A stretch of DNA of 64,000 nt. Origin: Octopus vulgaris (taxonomy: Eukaryota). Numbering within the stretch: position 1 is the stretch's first letter; every line of letters begins with the position of its first letter. Where the stretch lies: assembly GCA_951406725.2 (NCBI GenBank), contig OX597826.1, positions 77,252,001 through 77,316,000 of the forward strand, read 5' to 3'. Both the position numbers and the translations under genes were made by a program. Shown here piece by piece: positions 54,593 to 64,000 of this stretch. The notes under the pieces were generated by a model. That model had not been told where the DNA came from, made no database searches, and worked only from the letters and a program-made list of their open reading frames with translations.

Positions 54593-54819
54593 CAACAATT
54601 GAGGGTAAAATTAATTAATTATTAATCAATTTCACCAAGTGTTCAGTTATATATATATATATATATATACTGAAAGGCAGACAGCCGACACATGCGCAGA
54701 ATCACAACCACAGTATGTCCTGTAAGCGAAGTAGGAGTGACTGCTGAGTTCATATGAAGCACCATCGGCATAGTTTGATAACAACAACAGCAACAACAAC
54801 AATAATAATAATGATAATA

Positions 54820-54950
54820 ATCAAGCGGCCTTATTGGACACAGCGCACATCTTAAGGAAAGTATTATCTGTCTGAGGTCCTTGTTGTAACTTGACAGATA
54901 ACTAAACTCTCAGGTGCATTTTTACCTACACTGCGATACAAAGAAATAGC
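54820..54950 (+). mobile_element. 3' end of an R4/Dong-like RLE non-LTR retrotransposon in an (AAT)n tract
   Basis: QAALLDTAHILRKVLSV* (compare QK..LLGTA.ILRKVL), short 3' UTR, (AAT)n on both sides. Confidence 0.7.
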
Positions 54951-55006
<56 letters not shown>

Positions 55007-55014
55007 TAATAATA

Positions 55015-55108
55015 AAGACAGTATATTGAAAGACCTCGGACAAAAATCATGCCTCCTCATTGATATGACTGTCCCAATCGATATAAACGTATCTGTCAAG
55101 ACCTACCA
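55015..55108 (+). pseudogene. R4/Dong-like restriction-like endonuclease fragment
   Basis: DSILKDLGQKSCLLIDMTVPIDINVSVKTY (PD...D...K...ID+.+P.D.N motif). Confidence 0.7.
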
Positions 55109-55132
55109 TTAAGGATCGGGAATTGCCCTTGT

Positions 55133-55460
55133 GAGACCCCCTTCGGTCATGAATGACAGTGGGATTGCACCTAGAAAGTTACCCTCCGAGGCACACGTCC
55201 GGGCAACGTTATTTATGGAAGGCCTGCAGTCGCCCATGCATACCAGCCTCCCCTCTCCACAACACTGATGTTATCCAAGGGAAAGGCAAAGGGGCCGATA
55301 CAGCTTGGCACCAGTGACGTCGCAACTCATTTCTACAGCTGAGTGAAATGGAGCAAAGCGAAATAAAGTGCCTTGCTCAAGAACACAACACGCAGCCCGG
55401 TCCGGGAATCGAACTCACAACCTCATGATCGTAAGCTCGACGCTCTGACCACTGAGCCAT
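55133..55460 (-). mobile_element. SINE family D (tRNA head plus CORE-like segment)
   Basis: Minus strand tggctcagtggtcagagcg...gagttcgattccc (A and B boxes), then gtgttcttgagcaaggcacttta. Confidence 0.8.
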
Positions 55461-55850
55461 TGTCCTTACAACACACAATATGGTACGATAACGATCAAAA
55501 TGACAAAGAGGAGGAGAAAGAAGGAAAGAAGGAGACTGACAAAGTATAAATCCCCCCCCAAAAAATGCATATATAATGTGCGCATATTAACCTCCGCCTC
55601 TCTATGTCTAATGAAAGGACGGGAAGGAATAGATGAAGGAAAAAGTTTGTGTGTGTGTGAGAGAGAGAGAGAGAGAGGCAGAAGAGAGATAGACAGAGAG
55701 GGGATTGAAGGGCGTTGCTGTATGTTATGCATATTCATAAAATGACTCCTCTTTATGACTCAAGGCTTCAGTGATTATTCTTGTCATATTGGCTTATTTA
55801 CATATGTACACTTTTGTCTATTTATTTATTCGTTTATTCATACAGGTATA

Positions 55851-56084
55851 CAGTAATCTCTCGTCCTATCGCGGTTCACATATCGCGGTTCACCTATCGC
55901 GGTTTTTTTTCATTTAAGCTTACGTCGATTTCTCCGTGGTGTTGTTTTGTATTTATAATAAAATAAATAAATACAAATTATAAAAATAATAAAAAACAAT
56001 ATACAGTACTGCTTCTACTTCGCGGATTTTCACCTATCGCGGTGGGGTTGGAACGTAAAACTTGCGATAGTCGAGGGATTACTG
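55851..56084. mobile_element. pogo/Tigger-type MITE
   Basis: TA|cagtaatctctcg...tatcgc ... gcgatagtcgagggattactg TIRs; internal tatcgcggtt repeats. Confidence 0.75.
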
Positions 56085-56119
56085 CATAAACAATATATAC
56101 ACACATATATATATATATG

Positions 56120-56346
56120 AAATGGGATAAGAACGCAAAACATCCGGATAGTTAGGTGATACAAAAAGGGACAACAAAACATCCTTCGGCTGATAGCCGA
56201 AATTGCGAGGATAATCTGGTGCTTGAGTGAGGAAAGAAAACTTCGAATGACCCGTCCTTGTTTTCTTTGTATCGTCTTTATGGATGTTTTGTTGTCCCTT
56301 TTTGTATCACCTAGCTGTCCGGAAGTTTTGCGTTCTTGTCCCATTT
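56120..56346. mobile_element. Foldback element with 65-bp inverted arms inserted in (TA)n
   Basis: 56120-56184 versus 56282-56346 reverse complement, about 4 mismatches. Confidence 0.8.
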
Positions 56347-56396
56347 TGTATCATATATATATAGTGGCATATGTACACTTTGTTCTCTTATATATA

Positions 56397-56786
56397 CGTC
56401 CCCTGCCCAATTCAAGATCACAACATACATGTACACTGCAACATAATTTCTTTTCCTCAACAGGCCCTGCCCTATTTAACATTGTCCCGAGGGAGATCAA
56501 AGAGGAAAAGGATCCCATCAACTTTAAACAGAGTCTGGATAGATTCCTTCAAAGAATACCAGATAAGCCACCCATAATTGGATACAACTCACCCAACAAG
56601 AACTCACTACTTGAACAAAACTGGATACAACTCACCCAACAAGAACTCACTACTTGAACAAAACTTGACTTAAACAAAACTTGACTTAAACAGGATTCGA
56701 ATAATCCTATCAGGTGGTGCTATTAAGTTAGACATGGCCTGGACCAATCTTTGGTCGAAACATATCTAAGTTTATCTAAGTTTATA
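56397..56786 (+). mobile_element. 5'-truncated CR1-like LINE 3' end
   Basis: GPALFNIVPREIKEEKDPINFKQSLDRFLQRIPDKPPIIGYNSPNKNSLLE; local tandem duplications 56579-56690; tail repeat tatctaagtt x2. Confidence 0.75.
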
Positions 56787-56954
56787 TATATTTATTTATT
56801 TATACACATACATATATATCAAAATAAGCAACAAGTATATCCAACGTAGAGTAGTACAATTGTTTCATGCTACTTCATTTTATTAAACACTGTAAGTATT
56901 ACATCAGTTTTAAAATGCCGAGCAATCTTCAGCCACTTATAGAATTTCCCAACT

Positions 56955-57325
56955 TTATTAATTTAGTAAATATATCAGGAGTCAATAAGATATATTAAAA
57001 AGTAATGAAAGGGAGGCAATCAAGATGAACCAACTAATTTCTCTAGATATATAGAATTTTTTGCAATTATTTCATATTTATATAAATATATATATATATT
57101 TATTTCTATTAATATAGAATCATTATTAGCTAGTAAATGGTGATTTGTTTTATTAATGAGTCGAATTAAAAGAATATGTTAGACATAATATTTACCAACT
57201 GTGGAGAAAAACTTTATCAATTTAGTAAATATATCAGGAGTCAATAAGATATATTAAAAATTAATGGAAGGGAGGTAATCAAAGTGAACCAAGTAATTTC
57301 CCTAGATATATAGCATTTTTTTCAT
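56955..57325. repeat. Direct repeat pair (~105 bp; ~56958-57062 / ~57218-57322)
   Basis: aatttagtaaatatatcaggagtcaataagatatattaaaaa...ctagatatatag occurs twice. Confidence 0.85.
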
Positions 57326-57387
57326 CCTATATAGGAGAGTATAAAAAAAAATCTAATTTCATTATATTTAGATTTATATATATAATG

Positions 57388-57750
57388 AAATTTCTTAGTA
57401 ATCTATGCAGGTTGAATAAAAGCCAGTATGGTATATTAATTTTTTATTTGGTTACAAAATATTAGGATTTGAAAATTTAGAAACGAAAATTTAGGAATGG
57501 TCAGAATGTTATTATTTAAAATACTTAAAAGTACGAGTGGCACAATGTATACAAGATACTCCCAATTCTGAACGGTGATTCAATAAGTTTGTATTATTCC
57601 TATGTTTTAAAATTTCATATGTCTCCACAGAACAAAGTTCACATCCATCTCTACTATTTTTATAATTATTTTATATTTTGTAACCACATATAAAAATTAA
57701 TATACCATACTAGCTTTTATTTAACTTGCATAGATTACTAAGAAATTTGA
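57388..57750. repeat. Inverted repeat pair (~73 bp; ~57388-57461 / ~57674-57749)
   Basis: aaatttcttagtaatctatgcag...ggttacaaaatat versus atattttgtaacc...tgcatagattactaagaaattt. Confidence 0.8.
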
Positions 57751-57754
57751 TCCA

Positions 57755-57827
57755 TTAATTTCACGAGCAGGCTGTTCCGTTGATCGGATCATCTGGAACC
57801 CTCGTCGCCGTAACTGACGGAGTGCCA
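57755..57827 (+). mobile_element. SINE family C 3' tail fragment
   Basis: ttaatttcacgagcaggctgttccgttgatcggatc...gacggagtgcca. Confidence 0.85.
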
Positions 57828-58395
57828 CGATATGTGCATATATAGGTGCTTTTGTCAATTGCCATTTGGTTATTATGACATATCCTCTACAGAATTTGTG
57901 TATGGTATTTGATATTCCTGTATTTGTCAATGTTGTTCAAATACATCTCACTGTCAACTCTCAGTTATTTTTCTTGCCTCATTATAACCTAATTTTACTT
58001 AAGTCATCAATGCGTTCTACTCTTTTTGTGCGTATAAGTCAATGTCTTTTGGTTACTGGAGGTAGTTTACGACCACTATCGTGCTGGTAACGTTTATTCA
58101 AACAGAAACACGTGTCCTCGACCGCTTTCTTATCTGCATACAATAAGCTTTTCCCTTTACTTAATGGTATGACAAGAATGAGAAATCTTGAAACTTGAGA
58201 TTCTCCCCTCTATATGTACCTCTTTGCAATTGTCACATGTTAGTTGTGAGGCGGAGATAATTTCAAAAATCAAAGATGTATATTGTATGGTATTTGGTAT
58301 ACCTGTATTTGTCTGTGTTGTTCATATACACGCCGCGGACGAAATTAAGTCTATTCTCTTTGCCCATTTTTGCTTGATTAACACCCACACACATA

Positions 58396-58489
<94 letters not shown>

Positions 58490-58495
58490 CACACA

Positions 58496-58528
<33 letters not shown>

Positions 58529-59116
58529 GGCTGTTGTTGTTGTAATATATGAAGCCTGTCTTGTTTATTCCTAATGATATATTTCCGTGTAATTGTAATT
58601 TCTTTTGATGTGAGGTCAATATTGATAATACTGCCTCGTTTACACAAACCATAAATACACACACAACACGTGTCTGTGAGTGCATGCGTGAGCATGTGTG
58701 TGTATGTATTTATGTGTCTCTGTGTGTGTGTGTGTGTGTGTGCGTGTGGTGTATATCTATTATTAAACCAAACCTCTCACCAAGTAACATCTGCATTCGT
58801 GGTACAAACCAAATCCTAAGTAGTAAAAAGTTCTCGGGTGAAAGCTATAAAGAAATCTGTCGTTCTTCCTTTCCACATTCGAAAATAAAATACATGCATA
58901 TATATATGTATGCATATGTATGCATGTATGTATTGTATGTTAGTGTATATATATGTGTGCTTATACACAGACAATTATTTCTACACGCACTTCTACACTG
59001 CCATTATATAAGCTTGTATATGTTTCGTGTTAGTTTTATACGAGGAAATCTTGTTATTAATTCATACTTTCCCGTATATGTGTTCACGTCTAATGTGTTT
59101 ATACGACTGCCTCTGT

Positions 59117-59159
<43 letters not shown>

Positions 59160-59559
59160 GTTTCCTTTCCTTTGACACTCTCTATTGTTTTCGTGGTGTT
59201 TATTCTTCTCCTTATTGGGTAGGAAGAGATTATCAAAGATTAACAAGCGCCGGGGACCGATGATCGTTCTACGCTCCGTTGCTCCTCTTTCGCTGCATAA
59301 AACCACATTGCTTCGCCTGGAAAATGATGGATGACTAGACAAGATGATGACGTACAAACTTACATTTCCGTTGACTATAAACCGCTTCGTTTCTTGCAAT
59401 GACCAGAAGTTAATGAAACCTAACAGGGCTCATAAATGCTTTGGTTCGTTTAATTAACTTGTCGATACCTAAACCATTTGTTGTTGTTATATAGTCCAAG
59501 GCCAAGCTTAATCAAAAAGTAAAGACATTCCAGCTAGGACCATCCAGGTTTATATATTG

Positions 59560-59773
59560 GTTTCAAGTTTTGGTTTAAAGTCAACAACTTCTGGAAGGGA
59601 ATAAGTTGATTACATCGACCCCAGTGTGTAACTGGTACTTATTTTATCGACTCTGAAACGATAAAAGGAAAAGTGACCTCGGCGGAATTTGAACTCAGAA
59701 CACAAAGACAGACGAAATGCTGTTAAGCATTCTTTTGCTAGGCTTGCTAACCATTTCTGTCAACTCGATGCCT
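59560..59773 (-). mobile_element. SINE family B
   Basis: ttacatcgaccccagtgtgtaactggtac...ctcggcggaatttgaactcagaac. Confidence 0.8.
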
Positions 59774-60495
59774 TAATCCAAGATTATACATTATTTTATG
59801 ATATCCAAGGACTTCTTTATTCTAATGTAATCCTCGCTTGAGGAAATGGTAATGTCTGGTTTAAGTGATATTTGGTAGCTAATTAAATTGGAGAGGGAAA
59901 TAGCTGAATCGGTAAGGCAAAAGGAACAAAAGGATGTTTTGTGTTATTCAGTTATTCCCTTTTTAACATTTTCGATTTCAAATTCCTCTGAGGATGACTT
60001 TATCTTTCATCCTCCACCCAACCCCGAAGTATCAGTTAACAACTAGAGGCGAACTTCGCCCGCTTCCTGAAATTGATGGCCTTGTATCGAAAGTTTAAAC
60101 CAATATTTCATAAGTACTGTAGAGCAAATAAGAAAGTTCGTTTTTGCAAAAGTGGCGCAACAGTTTCGATTCCTGGTTGAATGAATTAGAGACTTCGTAG
60201 TGTTATAAGATGAAGAAAAGTATGAATGACAATACTTCGCGAAATCCCATTTGCATTTATTGGCATCACGTCCTTTTTTTTTTATTTCTTTCCTCTCATT
60301 GTCTTTTTTTATATTTTTTGCTTAGGGGTTTTCGAAATAAAGTACAATATTTGAGTTTAGACATGATTGTACTCTAGTATGGTCTTAACCGTGATAGCTG
60401 AAAGAAACCATTGGCCACCTGTGTACACACTCAAATAGATACACATATAATACACACAAATACATACACAGACACACATACAGATATATGCACTC

Positions 60496-60558
<63 letters not shown>

Positions 60559-60708
60559 CACACACATGTATATATATATGTGTATACATACGTACATACA
60601 TAGACACACACACACGCACACACACACGCACACACACACATATATATATATATATATACACATATGTGTATCATACGTATACACACACACACACATACAG
60701 AGAGAGAG

Positions 60709-60755
<47 letters not shown>

Positions 60756-61421
60756 CAGAGAATGAGAGAGGGAGGGCGCGAGAGATATCTGCATATACAC
60801 TCGCAACATGTACAAAGTTCGTCCATGCTCAAAAATCTGAAGGCCGTATTATTTATTTAAAATATGAGTTTTACAACATTTCAGCTTCACTAACGGTTGT
60901 TGGGATATCGAACGTTGATCGGAAGGAAGGGACGAATGCGTTAAACTACGAGGTCACGACACCAGCCAATCCAATATTTATAAGCCCCGTCCCTAACCAC
61001 TCTCTGCGTGTGCATGTTATGTATGCACGCATATACACACATGAACCTATATATATATGTGTGTGTGTGTACGTATGCATGTATGTGTGTATGTAACCAG
61101 GCGGTTAAGAAGTTTGCTTCATAGTCATGAATCCCCGCGTTCGTTTCCTTGTTGTGACATTCTTGGCCGTGTGTCATGGGCTATAGTGTTGAGTTGCCCA
61201 AAATCCTTGTGAATGAAATTATATACGAAAGCCCATCAGTAATTGAAAGGTGTGAAGCCTTGGTCAGCACTCTGTTGCTTATTTGGTCTGAGAAATACAT
61301 GGAATACTCAACCACGTAAATATAATTCAATGAGCAGATGGTCCTGTTGATTGAACGACTGAATATTCATCATCGAAACCGACGGAGATCCATTTACGTT
61401 TCATGTATTTATGCATGCATC

Positions 61422-61502
<81 letters not shown>

Positions 61503-61565
61503 ATGGAGGTATTTTTTGGATGTTAGAGGATATTTTTATATGTATCCTTGCATAAATACTTATCG

Positions 61566-61928
61566 TGGCACTCTGTCGGTTACGACGATGAGGGTTCCAG
61601 TTGATCCGATCAACGGAACAGCCAGCTTGTAAAATTAACGTCCAAATGGCTGAGCACTCCACAGACACGTGTACCCTTAACGTAGTTCTCGGGGGAGATT
61701 CAGCGTGACAAGGCTGACCCTTTGAAATAGAGGTACAACAGAAACAGGAAGAAAGAATGAGAAAGAGTTGTGGTGAAAGAGTACAGCAGGGTTCGCCACC
61801 CACCCCTTGCCGGAGCTTCGTGGAGCTTTAGGGGTTTTCGCTCAATAAACACTCACAATGCCCGGTCTGGGAATCGAAGCGGCGTTCCTACGGAGTCTGC
61901 TGCCCTAACCACTGGGCCATTGCGCCTC
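61566..61928 (-). mobile_element. SINE family C, full length
   Basis: Reverse complement of the 32818-33190 type. Confidence 0.9.
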
Positions 61929-62164
61929 CACATAAATACTTGTATGTCAGAATGTACCTGTATGCATGTATGTGAGTGTATGTGATTACACAGGTATGTA
62001 TGTGTGCGTTTTTGCGTATTTTTGCTCGACCGAACCGTCCTTTGAACCAGTGGCAATGTTGCTTACGTAGAGAATGAAGGTCTTCCTTGTTGAGAATAGA
62101 TTCAACAAATCAGGCTAAAGAACCAGCCATATAAAGTAGTTGGAATATTAGGAAGTAAACAAGT

Positions 62165-62525
62165 AGGAGTGGCTGTGTGGTAAGTAGCTTGCTTACCAAC
62201 CACATGGTCCCGGGTTCAGTCCCACTGCCTTGTGAGTTGATTTGGTTGGCGGAAACTGAAAGAAGCCCGTTGTATATATGTATATACATATATGTATGTG
62301 CGTGTATATGTTTGTGTGTCTGTGTTTGTGCCCCCCCCCCCCCACCAACATCGCTTGACAAGCGATGCTGGTGTGTTTACGTCCCCGTAACTTAGCGGTT
62401 CGGCAAAATAGACCGATAGAATAAGTACTAGGCTTACAAAGAATAAGTCCTGGGGTCAATTTGCTCGACTAAAGGCGGTGCTCCAGCATGGCCACAGTCA
62501 AATGACTGAAACAAGTAAAAGAGTA
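62165..62525 (+). mobile_element. SINE family A, full length with a ~50-bp internal deletion
   Basis: cccactgc joined directly to cttgtgag. Confidence 0.9.
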
Positions 62526-62689
62526 AGTAAAGTAGTCGTTCATTTTTAAAAACAAGTTGTAGCTCAACGTCCCTTGAAGTAATTAATCGACGGCTTTAAT
62601 ACATACATACATACATACATACATACATACATACATACATACATACATACATACATACATACATACATACATACATACATTTCTCTAGT

Positions 62690-63010
62690 CTAAAGGTGTA
62701 TCAGGGGCAGAAACTCAGCACAGGCTTCCCGTAACAATGTAAGGACAGAGTTCTATCGCATAGGATCGAGAAGTTTTTAAATGGCCGGATAAATGTGAAG
62801 CCCATAGACGAACCAGAGCGCCGCCCATCAGCGTCAACATGAAGATTGAACTTGTTCAAGAGATTCTTCTAGCGAAACAACAAACGACCGTCGATGACGT
62901 GGCACGTTCTCTGTAAATTAGTCATACGAAATGATCCGCAAGCTTCGCTTCCGTAAAGTCAGGGCGAGATGGGTGACAAGAGAGTTTACCTAAAGGCATA
63001 AGTACCATAA
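62690..63010 (+). pseudogene. Mariner transposase N-terminal remnant
   Basis: IEKFLNGRINV ... IELVQEILLAKQQTTVDDVARSL*ISH ... KLRFRKVRARWVTREFT (HTH plus WVPREL-like motif). Confidence 0.7.
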
Positions 63011-63589
63011 CAACATCAACGCATATCACACCTCGACCTGCCTCCTCATATGTCTCAATGGAGACCAAAGTCATAATTGAACTTAGTCTCCATTTCTCTC
63101 GTGTTCGGGGCTTTTTAATCCAAAATATCGAATAATAACAATATAACAATATAATTCTTTTGCTTATCTTTTAGTTTCAAAATACATTGTAATGGATTCT
63201 GAAAATGACGAATAAAACATTGGCCTTCGTAAATATAAGAAACCGTCAACTGATAAATACTGTGGCATCAGGTGACCTTGATTAAATCCAAGTACTTGAA
63301 TACTGAATTTCCTAAAATACTTGTGAGTATCTCTGGTATTTTATAGATGCAGCAGCTTTGGGGATCACAATGGAAAGTCGATGTTCTCTTAGATTCATCC
63401 AAATAGGTATATAAAACCCCAAGTAGACAACATAGCAAATATACAAGAAAAGGAACTTCTAATCGCCAAGGAAAGGAAAACGAAGAAATCGATCGAAAAA
63501 CAAAACAAAAACAAGGAACATCAAATGCTTCTTCACTCTGACATGTTTAAATAAAGTATTTAAAAATCAAAGAAGGTCTATGTATACAA

Positions 63590-64000
63590 CCTATTTCTTT
63601 ATTGCCCACAAGGGGCTAAACACAGCGGGGACAAACAAGGACAACAAACGGATTAAGTCGATTAGATCGACCCCAGTGCGAATCTGGTACTTAATTTATC
63701 GATCCCGAAAGGTTGAAAGGTAAAGTCGACCTCGGCGGAATTTGAACTCAGAACATAAAGACAGATGAAATACCTATTTCTTTATTGCCCACAAGGGGCT
63801 AAAGACAGAGGGGACAAACACGGACAGACAAACGGATTAAGTCGATTATATCGACTCCAGTGCGTAACTGGTACTTATTTAATCGACTCCGAAAGGATGA
63901 AAGGCAAAGTCGACCCCGGCGGAATTTGAACTCAGAACGTAACGGCAGACGAAATACCGTTAGGCATTTCGTCCGGCGTGCTAACGCGTCTGCCAGCTCG
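63590..64000 (-). mobile_element. SINE family B tandem dimer (runs to the window edge)
   Basis: Same two-body structure and junction as 42481-42899. Confidence 0.9.

Noticed and set aside
59225-59420. Possible LINE RT fragment on the minus strand (IVNG...IIGPRRLLIFDNL)
   Set aside because: Only a faint echo of GVPQG..LGP.LF...NDL; insufficient support

Overview
AT-rich, microsatellite-saturated animal genomic DNA with no convincing intact protein-coding gene. Almost every ORF in the supplied track is a translation of (TA)n/(CA)n/(TATG)n/(ATT)n tracts. The repeat content strongly suggests an octopus (coleoid cephalopod) intron or intergenic region; this is inferred from the SINE families, not from a database search. 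Contents: four tRNA-headed SINE groups (about 35 copies or fragments), decayed Penelope-like retroelements (PLE: RT and GIY-YIG remnants, including Neptune-type Cys-linker copies), LINE remnants (CR1-like, R4/Dong-like RLE), hAT, mariner, pogo and piggyBac-type relics and MITEs, a probable non-autonomous Helitron, a 28-bp minisatellite and higher-order microsatellites. The most interesting signal is a set of about 7 minimal type-I hammerhead-ribozyme (HHR) folds read by eye. One is canonical and lies downstream of a GIY-YIG remnant (10166-10247, minus). One is canonical in a short insert (33928-33973). Two form a head-to-head pair inside a ~158-bp palindrome (48309-48466). The rest belong to two related ~190-bp non-coding element families in or beside TA/CA-rich tracts, whose catalytic cores are non-canonical (CUGUCGA/CUGUAGA in three copies, CCUACGA in one).
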